Shown here: piece after piece, positions 52,911-62,413 of the stretch | Position numbering within the stretch: the stretch's first letter is position 1 | Layout: every line of letters begins with the position of its first letter | Assembly: GCA_963782525.1 (NCBI GenBank) | Contig: CAWAKC010000005.1 | Span: forward strand, 1 to 64,000 | Reading direction: 5' to 3' | DNA: 64,000 bases | Source: Candidatus Bathyarchaeota archaeon | Lineage (GTDB): Archaea; Thermoproteota; Bathyarchaeia; Bathyarchaeales; Bathycorpusculaceae | Notes under the pieces: model-generated | The model's database searches: none | What the model was told of the DNA's origin: nothing | Seen by the model: the letters and a program-made list of their open reading frames with translations, nothing else | Made by a program: the position numbers and the translations under genes

Positions 52911-53876
52911 TTAGATAGATAACATTTCAGCCACTTTAAGCAGCCTCAAATCCAACGTTTTCTTCTTAGTCGCTGCTTCCTCAAGATTTAAACTATTGAC
53001 TGCACCCTTCTGCAATCCCACGGCCATGTTGCCCTTCCCTTCGCAAATCAACTCCACTGCTCTCTCCGCAAACAAACTAGCCAGCAATCTGCTGCGAGCT
53101 GTCGGGCTTCCTCCTCGTTGCGCATAACCGATTATGGATAGTCTTACTTCGGAGTCTGTTTGCCGCTGTATGTCCTGTGCCAATTTGCTTGAGTCGCCGA
53201 AACCTTCCGCGGTCACGATTATCCCTGCTTTTTTGCCCTTTTTGGCGTTATCATCCATGATGTTGCATACGTCTGCGGTTGCTAACGGTTTTTCAGGGAT
53301 CAAAATAACCTCTGCACCGACGCACATTCCTACTTCTAAGGCTAAGAAACCTCTTTTGCGACCCATAACTTCCACAATAAAAATTCGTTCGTGGGAAATG
53401 GCGGTGTCCCTGATTTTGTCGATGGTACCCACCGCTGTGTTGACTGCCGTGTCAAAGCCGATGGTTTCGTCGGTGCCGTAGACATCATTGTCGATGGTGG
53501 CTGGGATTCCAACCATCAAAGCGTCACTTTTCTTGCCCAAAGCTAAGGCTCCGCGGAGTGAGCCATCTCCACCAATAACGACTAAACCGTCCACAGAGTT
53601 AATTTTCAGGGTTTCAGCGCCTGTTTCAACACCGCCGGGCTGCTCAAATGCGGGGCAACGTAACGTGTGAAGCATGGTGCCGCCAACCTGAATTATGCCG
53701 CCGACGCTACGGGGCGTCAACTTCTTGCAACTGTTAGACAATAACCCATCCCAGCCGCGTTCAAACCCAACTACTTGGAAACCCATCGAGTGCCCAACAC
53801 GGGTGACTGCACGGATAGCTGCATTCATGCCTGGTGCGTCTCCTCCGGAGGTTACGATGCCGATTGTTTTTGTCAA
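52911..53876 (-). CDS. pfkA: ATP-dependent 6-phosphofructokinase (PfkA family)
   Basis: TSGGDAPGMN, GGDGS, PATIDND, EVMGR, QRGG. Confidence 0.93.
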   Translation of the reverse strand: MTKTIGIVTSGGDAPGMNAAIRAVTRVGHSMGFQVVGFERGWDGLLSNSCKKLTPRSVGGIIQVGGTMLHTLRCPAFEQPGGVETGAETLKINSVDGLVVIGGDGSLRGALALGKKSDALMVGIPATIDNDVYGTDETIGFDTAVNTAVGTIDKIRDTAISHERIFIVEVMGRKRGFLALEVGMCVGAEVILIPEKPLATADVCNIMDDNAKKGKKAGIIVTAEGFGDSSKLAQDIQRQTDSEVRLSIIGYAQRGGSPTARSRLLASLFAERAVELICEGKGNMAVGLQKGAVNSLNLEEAATKKKTLDLRLLKVAEMLSI

Positions 53877-53995
53877 TTAAATTATGCCTCTTCTCTAACA
53901 TTTCTTGCTAAAAGATTAAAATGTTTAGTATGGCATAAGATCGTGGAAAATGCCAAAACACATAAATTCTTTTGGTTTGTCTTTATGGTCTTTGT

Positions 53996-54149
53996 CGGGA
54001 GGTAGCTCAGCCTGGCAGAGCTCTCGAGCTGGCTAACATGCTTAGCTGGTGGAGAAGCTGTAGAGGTCTACCCATGGTGGGCTTCATTCTAGCCTGTCTA
54101 GGCCACAGATACCGAGCTGTCGCAGGTTCAAATCCTGCTCTCCCGACCA
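53996..54149 (+). tRNA. tRNA-Tyr(GTA) with two BHB introns (54027-54056 at 30/31; 54064-54110 at 37/38)
   Basis: C1:G72 and A73; spliced anticodon arm CTCGG-CTGTAGA-CCGAG; BHB central helices CTCT/GGAG and CTGT/ACAG; encoded CCA. Confidence 0.9.
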
Positions 54150-54218
54150 AACTTAATGACTAAAAAAAGGAAAATTGAGTTTTTAATTGAAAATGAAAAT
54201 AAGGTTATGCCTTTTTCC

Positions 54219-54671
54219 TTAGGGCCCTGGTGCAGTGGCTACAGTGGCTTGTACCAGTGTCTGAGTGAAGTATGTGGCTTGGCTTGTGGAAATTACTATG
54301 GTGACAGGGCGTCCTATGTCGTCTACATTAATAAAGTTTCCAGTGAACTCTACGGTTAAAGTTGTTTCCGCTCCTTTTGCAAGGCCAGTTGTGCTGATGT
54401 CGGGTGCGCTTGTGTAATTGAGTTTTTCTCCTTTGATTATTACTTGGTTAACCATGATGGATGTTGGGCCCGTGTTCTTGATTGTAATGGAGGCTTGGGT
54501 TGTATCCATTGTTGTTCCTGAAATGTAGAGGCTTTCTTTTTGGACTTGGTTAGCGGTTACGGTTGTGGCATAGAGTACCACCGTTGTCGACAGAATAACG
54601 GCTGCCAACAAAATAATAAGATTGCCAACGGGTGCACCTAACCCACGTTTATTCTTTAGGAATCTTATCAT
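54219..54671 (-). CDS. Orphan type IV pilin/archaellin-like protein
   Basis: KRG/LGAPVGNLIILL class III signal; VQKESL...IKNTG similar to the 40118 and 40774 pilins. Confidence 0.82.
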   Translation of the reverse strand: MIRFLKNKRGLGAPVGNLIILLAAVILSTTVVLYATTVTANQVQKESLYISGTTMDTTQASITIKNTGPTSIMVNQVIIKGEKLNYTSAPDISTTGLAKGAETTLTVEFTGNFINVDDIGRPVTIVISTSQATYFTQTLVQATVATAPGP

Positions 54672-54913
54672 TGGTTTTTCCCTCGGGGGGCTACTTCAAT
54701 CGCAAGGTTGGGGGTTTCTACGGCGAATTTTACGCCTTCGTTTTTCTCTACATGCAAGTAAGTGAGTGATTTGCACTGGTAAATTACCTTTGCACCGTTG
54801 CGGTTGTTCACATACTTTAGCAAGTTCACGTACTGTTTTTCTGAACCCTTCAAAACTAATGCTATGTAGTAGAATGGCTCAGCAGATTTGGATTCGGTTT
54901 CTTTGTTTTTCAT
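54668..54913 (-). CDS. Hypothetical protein
   Basis: 81 aa; 4-nt overlap with the pilin gene. Confidence 0.65.
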   Translation of the reverse strand: MKNKETESKSAEPFYYIALVLKGSEKQYVNLLKYVNNRNGAKVIYQCKSLTYLHVEKNEGVKFAVETPNLAIEVAPRGKNQ

Positions 54914-55021
54914 TCTTTCAATTCACTCGTTCCCTCGTTTCAAAGCGAAGTATTGAGTAGTGAGTATTGCTATATAATAAGTATTTTGACTAAAGATGCA
55001 AAATACACAAAAACTAACAAA

Positions 55022-55531
55022 CTAAATATGCATTAAAACAACTTCACCTGGAGCAAACCAAATATCACTATAAAAACTAAAAACACGCCAACCAAACAGC
55101 CGCCACAACCCCAAAAAACCCACCCGCACAAACCCTGCCCTGCCCAAAGTTGCCAAAGCAGCCTTATTTCCTCTTTGGGTAGAAGCAAAAACCGCATATG
55201 ACCCATCTTTATTTAGGGAATCTGCACCTGCTTTTGTTAAGCTGAGAGCAATTCCACGGCGTCGATGTGAAGGGTGAACTGCAATCCAAAGAATACAGCC
55301 GTATTTGGCTGCGCCGATGTTGAATTCGATGAGTTTAGCAAATCCAGAGATTGTACCTTGCGTTTCGGCAACGATGACTTTTCCTTCTTCGGAGTTTACG
55401 CTGTGGCTGGCGAAGAATCGGAAGAACCTTGGAAAAGATAAATCGATTATTTCTTTAATTTTTGCGTTGTCATCTGTTGTAGCTTCCCTTATAGTTGGTT
55501 CATTGTACACTTTGGCCACTCCCAATTCCAA
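55022..55531 (-). CDS. GNAT acetyltransferase
   Basis: IAVHPSHRRRGIA acetyl-CoA motif; N.AA......GF. Confidence 0.88.
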   Translation of the reverse strand: MELGVAKVYNEPTIREATTDDNAKIKEIIDLSFPRFFRFFASHSVNSEEGKVIVAETQGTISGFAKLIEFNIGAAKYGCILWIAVHPSHRRRGIALSLTKAGADSLNKDGSYAVFASTQRGNKAALATLGRAGFVRVGFLGLWRLFGWRVFSFYSDIWFAPGEVVLMHI

Positions 55532-55573
55532 CTTGTGCGATGTAAAGAATAAAGCTGTCTCAGAATTCAGGGC

Positions 55574-56686
55574 TTAAAGCGGCGTTGCGGGCGGTGGTAG
55601 TGTTGTTGTTTCAGCTGGTTTTTTGCGAGTGAAGATTAGGCTCGTGGATTTCACTATCTGAGGTACTCCTGCAAGATCCTCCACTATCAACAGACCTCGT
55701 GCTAAGATTGCGAATGCCAAGATAGCGCCGGTGTTTGGATTAACAAAAAGTAAACTCATAATCCCAACAATCCCAAATTCTTGAACACCTGCTCCTGCTG
55801 GAGTAATTGGAACAAACGCCAACGCAGTTACTAATGGATGGATCAAGAAGAACCCCAGCCATGCGATTGCAAAGTTGCTGTTGAGAGTTATTCCTAATGC
55901 GGCTCCTAAGAAGTACCATTCAAATCCTTTTAGAACCCAGCAAATCATGGTTAACCCAAATATTTCTGGAATTGCCGACCTAGTTTTCTGAGAGCTGTCT
56001 TTGTATTCTTCAAGTTTGCCCAGTAATCCTCCGGTAAATCTTTTAAGATATCTGGAATTAGCTATCCGGTCAAAAATGGATATGGCTCTCTCTGACCAGG
56101 AAAATGCAGCTAGCAAAAGTGCACCAGTTAACATTAGGGCGATGCCCAAACCTATAACGAAGAAGGTTACGTTAATTCCCAAGATAGTGGTTGAAGGCCA
56201 GTTGCCTGCTGGAACCATGTAGATGAGGAAAATGGCTGCGCCGATTCCCCCGATAACTTTGACTAGAAATTCTATTGTTTGTATGCCTAAGATACTGGAT
56301 AATCCTTTTGAAGCGGGCACGTTTTGGTCTCGAAGGTAGACTGGCGTTAAAATGTAGCCTGAGCGTCCAGGGGTAACGTCGCTTGTTAACATTCCTGCAT
56401 ATTGAGCAAGAAGTGTTTTGCCAAAAGATGTTTTTACCCCTCCTTTTGCAAGAACTCTCCTAAGTCTTACAGTGAAGAAGATGTTTATTCCAAAATACAT
56501 CAGAAAAGCAAGAGCCAAATATTCTACTTTTATGGTGAGTAGGGCGTTATAGAGAGAACCAATTCCTATATACCAAAACAAAGCCGCGAAAATAGCGACC
56601 ATAACCACTACTTGAATGAGAATTCTTAGGATTTTTTTCGAGGAGCTTTGAGGTTTAGGAACAGGGCTGGCTTGGGGATTTGTCAT
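55574..56686 (-). CDS. Lysylphosphatidylglycerol synthase TM (flippase-like) membrane protein
   Basis: Multi-TM; VTPGRSG and PITPAGAGVQE. Confidence 0.85.
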   Translation of the reverse strand: MTNPQASPVPKPQSSSKKILRILIQVVVMVAIFAALFWYIGIGSLYNALLTIKVEYLALAFLMYFGINIFFTVRLRRVLAKGGVKTSFGKTLLAQYAGMLTSDVTPGRSGYILTPVYLRDQNVPASKGLSSILGIQTIEFLVKVIGGIGAAIFLIYMVPAGNWPSTTILGINVTFFVIGLGIALMLTGALLLAAFSWSERAISIFDRIANSRYLKRFTGGLLGKLEEYKDSSQKTRSAIPEIFGLTMICWVLKGFEWYFLGAALGITLNSNFAIAWLGFFLIHPLVTALAFVPITPAGAGVQEFGIVGIMSLLFVNPNTGAILAFAILARGLLIVEDLAGVPQIVKSTSLIFTRKKPAETTTLPPPATPL

Positions 56687-56799
56687 GTTAGTTTAGGAAA
56701 TCGCCTATGAAGGTTAAATGGATTGTGGAAATACCCGTTGAATTATTCCATTCATTTTTTTGATGAGATTTACTTTCTAAATGGTTCTCCAAAAAACAT

Positions 56800-56982
56800 T
56801 TATGGTCTCACGCATTCAACTTTAGGTCTATACGAGCGTTTTGAGGTTCTTCTGCGTTTGTGGTACCCGCATTCATTTACTCTGGTAAGCATCCAACCTT
56901 TGTCCTGGTATACGCAGCCGCATGGCAAATGTATTTCTTTTAAAGCGACGTTTTTTTCGTTGTTTTTTTGGGTTTCAGCCAA
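56800..56982 (-). CDS. Small putative zinc-binding protein
   Basis: LPCGC...ECGYH with a basic tail; gaggga RBS-like site upstream of the TTG. Confidence 0.55.
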   Translation of the reverse strand: MAETQKNNEKNVALKEIHLPCGCVYQDKGWMLTRVNECGYHKRRRTSKRSYRPKVECVRP

Positions 56983-57348
56983 TTGTCTCCCTCAAAGGAT
57001 TCTAAGACAAATCACAGTATTAACTTAACGTTGACTGTTTGGTTTTAGACTGATGGACAAAAAGAAGAAGGGCAAGTTGTTTTAGCTTTTTTACAAGTTA
57101 GATGCGGCTGTTGGTCCGCTATGTCTATTTTGTAGTGACCGCAGAAATCCATTCTGGCGTCATAGTTGTCCCAGTCTGGTGCTTGTGTGCCATCGGTGAC
57201 TTTGAACGGGTTGAATTGGATTGTCTTTGAATTGATCGGAATACTGACACTGTCTATAGGAAAAAACTAACTAAAGTTCCATTCGTTCTTCCATTTTTGG
57301 CGGGTTGCTACTTTTATATAGTCTTTTAGCGTATTTTGCGTTACGGTA

Positions 57349-60300
57349 ATGAATTTGAATGCTCAATCTGAAGCTGACCAAAACCAGAGTTTGCCAACAA
57401 ATTATTCTCCGCTTGTGCTTGAAGTTGAAATGCGTGAATTCTGGATAAAAAACGACATCCGCAATAAATTGGAGCTTCTTGAAAAAGACGCTAAGGGTTT
57501 GTTGGGCTATGTGGAAGGTCCACCCACACTTAATGGCATCCCGCATATTGGGCATGCACGCGGCAGAATAATGAAGGATATTCGTTACCGCTGGAAAACT
57601 ATGGAAGGCTATTACATGCCGTTTTGGGCAGGATGGGATTGCCAAGGCTTACCTGTGGAACTCGAGGTTGAAAAACTCCTCGGAGTCCGCAACAAACGCG
57701 AATCCATCGAGAAATTCGGCATGGAACGCTTCATTGAGGAATGCAAGAAAGCCATCATGCGTTATCACCAGATGTGGCTTGAAGCTGACAGCCGATTGGG
57801 CATATCGATTAATCAGGATAAGGCATATTGGACCTACAAGGACAGTTACATTGAACGGGAATGGTTTTATCTTAAGCGAGCTTGGGAACAAAACCTCCTC
57901 GAAGAAGGCCACTATGTGGTTGCTTATTGTCCGGGATGCCAAACCAGCTTGAGCAGCGCCGAAGTTGGGTACGAAGGCAGCTACAAAGAAGTAGAAGACC
58001 CATCAGTTTACTTCAAATTCAAGGTCACAGGAACACAAAACGAGTATTTTCTAGTTTGGACCACCATGCCCTTTACAATCATAACTGACACGATGCTGGC
58101 GGTTCAGCCAAAAGCCGAGTATGTGAAAGTGAAAGTTGGCGAAGAAGTTTGGGTAATGATGCGGCAACGAGTCGAACCAGTCATGGCAGAACTAGAAATC
58201 ACCAACTACCAAATTACCGGATCCATGACAGGCAAAAGCTTGGAAGGAACAGCCTACGATTATCCACTCAAAGATATCATTCCTAAGCAGGCGGAACTTG
58301 AAACCAAACATCCCTTAGTCCATAAAGTCGTAGCGGAAGACTTCGTTGACGTCGAAACCGCAACGGGTGTGGTACATCTTTCTCCTGGTAACGGTGAAGA
58401 CGATTTTTGGGCAGCAAACCGCAGGGGCGTTCCAATCTTTGTTCCCCTCGATGACGAAGTGAAGTTTACAAACGACGCAGGTATCTTCACAGGTGTGTTT
58501 GCTCGCGACGCAGACATGTTAGTGGTCGAGGAACTCCGCAATCACAATGCTTTCGTCAAAGTAAAAAAAATCAAACATGAGTACCCAACCTGCTGGCGTA
58601 GTCACCATAAACTGGTTTGGCTGGCACGGAAAGAGTACTTTCTGCGAACCGATAAAATAAACAGCAAAGTATTGGAAGCAGCTGGAAAAATTGATTATTT
58701 CTTTGATGAACCCAAAAACCGTTTCTTGGGCTTCCTAAAAGAGGGTAAGCCATGGTGTATCAGCCGCGAACGCATCTGGGGCACACCTTTGCCGATGTGG
58801 ACCTGCGAGAAATGCGGCAATAAACGCTTAATCGCAAGCAAAAAAGAACTCTTCCAAAATGCCCAAGAACCTATTCCAGAAAACTTTGAGTTGCATAAGC
58901 CATGGGTTGACCGAATCACACTCAAATGCGATAAATGCGGCGGCAATATGCGGCGGGAAGACTTCGTTTTAGATACTTGGCACAACAGCGGAGCTTCGCC
59001 ATACGCACGTTTCACTGATGAGGAGTTTGAGAAGTTTGTTCCGACCGCCTTTTTGACTGAAGGTATCGATCAAACTCGTGGTTGGGCAAATTCATTGCTC
59101 CTAGAATATGTTATTTTGACGGGGAAACCTGTTGCTCCGTACAAGGCTTTTCTATTTCAAGGTTTAACGCAGGATGCGAAGGGCAGAAAAATGAGCAAAA
59201 GCCTCGGCAACGTCATCGAAACTAATAAACTCCTCGAAAAGAACAGCGCAGACCTTTGCCGGTTTTACATGACACGCAAATGCAGCCCAGTTGACTTCAT
59301 GAGCTTTGACATGCAGGAACTAACACGCAGACCCTACCAGGTACTCTCAACACTCTACCACCTAAGCCGCTTTTTCTTGCAGAATGCAACTTTTGACGAG
59401 TTTAACCCTGAAAAATACAGTTTGGATTGGGCTTTTAAGGGAGGTAAACTTCAAGCTGCCGACCTATGGCTGCTGTCTAAGTTGCAGCAGAAAATCGAGG
59501 AATACACCCAAAAACTCGAAGCATGCGAATTCAACGTTGCATTAGCGGTTTTGGAGGATTTCGTGATTGAAACCCTAAGCAGACTCTATGTTCCGATGAT
59601 TCGCAAGGAACTTTGGACTGATGAACCTGAAACGTTTGAGCGACGGCAAACCATCTACGCACTACTGCACCACACCTTAAAGACTGTCACGTTGCTGTTC
59701 AACCCAATTACACCATTCCTCAGTGAAGCACTCTACCAAAAAATCTATCGCCCATTGGAAACAGACTTGCCTGAATCCGTCAATTTTGCAGCTTGGCCAA
59801 CTCCGAACGAAAAAATGCGCAACAAACCGCTGGAAGAAGATTTCGATATGCTTCTTAAAGTTGTTTCAATCTCATATGCTGCAAGAGGACAGGGAAAACT
59901 CAAGCGTCGCTGGCCACTAGCCAAAACAATCGTAATTGCACCAGAAAAAACTCTGCAAGCCCTCAAAAGCCTCGAAGCACTGCTTCTGGAACAAACCAAC
60001 GTTAAATCTGTCGAATATGCAACGGTGGTTCCTGAATATGTTGGGGGCGAAAATTGGGTTTTCAGCCAACAAGACGAAGTCACCGTGTTCCTCAGTGGAC
60101 AACGTGACGACAAACTGCTGGGCGAAGGCATTATGCGGGACTTGGCAAGGCGTGTGCAAGCCTTGCGTAAGGAGATGGGGTTTGTGCCGACGGAAACCTT
60201 GGAGTCTGTTCATATTGCTGATTTAGACAACGAAAGCATGGGGCTTTTGGAGCCGTATTTGGAGGAGATGGCAGGGTTAGTTCGAACACGGAAAGTCTAT

Positions 60301-60384
60301 TTACACAGCAGCTGCCGCGAAGTTGAAGCACAATGGAATGAATCCGAATTAGACGGCAAAAAAATCAACATAAACATCCACTGA
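57349..60384 (+). CDS. ileS: Isoleucine--tRNA ligase (archaeal/eukaryote type)
   Basis: GPP...PHIGH, GWDCQGLPVE, WTTMP, WCISR, EGIDQTRGW, KMSKS. Confidence 0.97.
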   Translation: MNLNAQSEADQNQSLPTNYSPLVLEVEMREFWIKNDIRNKLELLEKDAKGLLGYVEGPPTLNGIPHIGHARGRIMKDIRYRWKTMEGYYMPFWAGWDCQGLPVELEVEKLLGVRNKRESIEKFGMERFIEECKKAIMRYHQMWLEADSRLGISINQDKAYWTYKDSYIEREWFYLKRAWEQNLLEEGHYVVAYCPGCQTSLSSAEVGYEGSYKEVEDPSVYFKFKVTGTQNEYFLVWTTMPFTIITDTMLAVQPKAEYVKVKVGEEVWVMMRQRVEPVMAELEITNYQITGSMTGKSLEGTAYDYPLKDIIPKQAELETKHPLVHKVVAEDFVDVETATGVVHLSPGNGEDDFWAANRRGVPIFVPLDDEVKFTNDAGIFTGVFARDADMLVVEELRNHNAFVKVKKIKHEYPTCWRSHHKLVWLARKEYFLRTDKINSKVLEAAGKIDYFFDEPKNRFLGFLKEGKPWCISRERIWGTPLPMWTCEKCGNKRLIASKKELFQNAQEPIPENFELHKPWVDRITLKCDKCGGNMRREDFVLDTWHNSGASPYARFTDEEFEKFVPTAFLTEGIDQTRGWANSLLLEYVILTGKPVAPYKAFLFQGLTQDAKGRKMSKSLGNVIETNKLLEKNSADLCRFYMTRKCSPVDFMSFDMQELTRRPYQVLSTLYHLSRFFLQNATFDEFNPEKYSLDWAFKGGKLQAADLWLLSKLQQKIEEYTQKLEACEFNVALAVLEDFVIETLSRLYVPMIRKELWTDEPETFERRQTIYALLHHTLKTVTLLFNPITPFLSEALYQKIYRPLETDLPESVNFAAWPTPNEKMRNKPLEEDFDMLLKVVSISYAARGQGKLKRRWPLAKTIVIAPEKTLQALKSLEALLLEQTNVKSVEYATVVPEYVGGENWVFSQQDEVTVFLSGQRDDKLLGEGIMRDLARRVQALRKEMGFVPTETLESVHIADLDNESMGLLEPYLEEMAGLVRTRKVYLHSSCREVEAQWNESELDGKKININIH

Positions 60385-60393
60385 GGCAAGCAG

Positions 60394-60573
60394 ATGACGA
60401 CCCAAGAAACCAACCAAAACAAACACTACAAATGCCCAAACTGCGCCTGCATCTTTCTAACCCAAGCAGACCTTCAAAAACACATGACCATCTTCGGCAC
60501 CTCAAAAGAACAACATGAATTCGCCTACAAAAAAACTCATGGCCGAATGGAACATGGATACGGCGAAGAATAA
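60394..60573 (+). CDS. 59-aa C2H2-like zinc finger protein (not in ORF track)
   Basis: YKCPNCACIFLTQADLQKHM...H; gagg RBS; starts 9 nt after ileS. Confidence 0.72.
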   Translation: MTTQETNQNKHYKCPNCACIFLTQADLQKHMTIFGTSKEQHEFAYKKTHGRMEHGYGEE

Positions 60574-60691
60574 TCCTTCCTAAAACAGTTATTTTATTTT
60601 ACGGCTGCTTTTGGGGGCGGTCATTTTAATTATAAAAGATAGCCCTTATATGCAAACCATTTTACATAGTTAAAAGTGAAAGGTACAAAAA

Positions 60692-61882
60692 ATGGGGAAA
60701 TTCCATTTAGCCGTCTTTAACACGCAACCGCCTTACCTGTACTTTGGGGGAGTTGAACGGCGCATAATGGAAACGACAAAGCGGCTGCAAACCGAAGCAG
60801 ATATAACAGTTTACAGTGGAACCAAAGCAGGCTTCAAAGAACCCACAGCCATAGATGGCGTAAACTTTGTTCCCTGCTACTCAACAGACAGGCTCTTTCC
60901 ATTGGATAATTGGTTTTTTAATCGAAGCCTTACCAGAAAAGCAAGCGAGGTCTACGCCGAAGTCTACGAAGCCCATGCGGTAAGCGGGTATGGTTTTCCA
61001 AAAGCGCTCAAAAAACGCGGAATACAAAAACCTTTCATACACACCATACACGGCGTCTTAGCCGATGAGTATGAGCAAGCAAAGAAAAGCGGATATGAAT
61101 CGTTTAGGGGCAGAATAGCAAATAGTTTCATGTATAGACTTGCCAAATTGGAAAAGCAAATGGCCCATGACGCAACATTAATTGTGACGATAAGCAACTA
61201 TTCGGTCGAAAAAATCCAAAGACATTACGGTATCGAGCCACAAAAAATAAGGATTGTTCCAAACGGCGTGGATGTAGAAAAATTCAAACCAATCCAGAAC
61301 TCCAATGAACTCAGGCACCAATTCGGATTGGGCAACGGTCCCGTTGTGCTTTTTGTAGGCAGTTTGATTCCCCGAAAAGGGTTACCTTATCTGGTTGAAG
61401 CAGCCAAAAAAATAGTCAAAGAACAACCAGACATCACTTTTTTGATTGTTGGGGAAGGACCACTAAAACAACAAACAACTGCCTCCATAGAAGCTGCAAA
61501 TCTTTCAGTCAACTTCAAATTTTTGGGCACTCTCAAAGACGAGACCCTTAATGCAGTCTATAATTGTACTGACATGTTTGTTTTACCGTCCATTCAAGAG
61601 GGACAAGGCATTGTACTGCTTGAAGCGCAAGCGTCAGGTAAGCCGATTGTGGCTTTTGACATCGGCGGAGCAAACGAAGCAGTTCGCAACAATGAAACAG
61701 GCTTGCTGGTTAAGCGGGGCAACACGGATGAACTGGCGGATGCCTTACTTCGATTTCTTTCTGATGACGCTTTGAGGGAGAAAATGGGAGCTAATGGCCG
61801 CAAGTTTGTTAGTGAAAACTTTACTTGGGATATATGCGCTCAAAAAATGCTTAAAGTCTATCATGAAGCGTTAGGCAACTGA
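60692..61882 (+). CDS. GT4 glycosyltransferase
   Basis: GGVER, HTIHG, VPNGVD, EGQGIVLLEAQASGKP. Confidence 0.92.
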   Translation: MGKFHLAVFNTQPPYLYFGGVERRIMETTKRLQTEADITVYSGTKAGFKEPTAIDGVNFVPCYSTDRLFPLDNWFFNRSLTRKASEVYAEVYEAHAVSGYGFPKALKKRGIQKPFIHTIHGVLADEYEQAKKSGYESFRGRIANSFMYRLAKLEKQMAHDATLIVTISNYSVEKIQRHYGIEPQKIRIVPNGVDVEKFKPIQNSNELRHQFGLGNGPVVLFVGSLIPRKGLPYLVEAAKKIVKEQPDITFLIVGEGPLKQQTTASIEAANLSVNFKFLGTLKDETLNAVYNCTDMFVLPSIQEGQGIVLLEAQASGKPIVAFDIGGANEAVRNNETGLLVKRGNTDELADALLRFLSDDALREKMGANGRKFVSENFTWDICAQKMLKVYHEALGN

Positions 61883-62398
61883 GACGTTAACTGACTTGGC
61901 CAACCGCTTAAAGTCATCTTCGCCCATCCACTCTGTCCAAAGGTAACAGCGAATTCGCTCCTCACTTAAACCCAGTCGCCTAGCTTCTTTAATGCAGTAA
62001 CGGTATGCTTCAATCTCTGTGGGGCGGTCAACATAGTCGTAACGGGGGTCGAAGAGTTCTTTCCCTTCCATGAACTGTTTAACATGGCAAAGCTCGTGGA
62101 TAATGTCCAGGTAAATGTCGGTTTTGTCGCCGTTGTTGAGGTAGCCTTTACTTATCACAAGGTGCCCATCTGAGCCGTCAACGTACATGTAACCCATAAC
62201 CCAGCTAATCTCCACAGTAAGATTACTCAGAATTTCAGCGGTCTTTTCACCAAAAATACCTTTTACAGCATCAACTTTTTCGAAGCCTTTGAAAAACTCG
62301 GTGAAAATAACCTTCTTGTTTCCAACACCAAGAATGTTGACTGGGAGTTTCCTAAATAAACGCAAGATTCTAAACAGGGTGAATTCTATAGCCGTCAA
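61871..62398 (-). CDS. Putative zinc metallopeptidase-like protein
   Basis: IIHELCHVKQ plus downstream Y...PTEIEAY. Confidence 0.75.
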   Translation of the reverse strand: MTAIEFTLFRILRLFRKLPVNILGVGNKKVIFTEFFKGFEKVDAVKGIFGEKTAEILSNLTVEISWVMGYMYVDGSDGHLVISKGYLNNGDKTDIYLDIIHELCHVKQFMEGKELFDPRYDYVDRPTEIEAYRYCIKEARRLGLSEERIRCYLWTEWMGEDDFKRLAKSVNVSVA

Positions 62399-62413
62399 AT
62401 CGCAAGCCTGCTA

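Noticed and set aside
53972-54163. 63-aa ORF
   Set aside because: Translation of the intron-containing tRNA-Tyr.
57046-57260. Open minus-strand frame (..FNPFKVTDGTQAPDWDNYDARMDFCGHYK..)
   Set aside because: No start or RBS and no recognisable family; possibly a fragment but unsupported.
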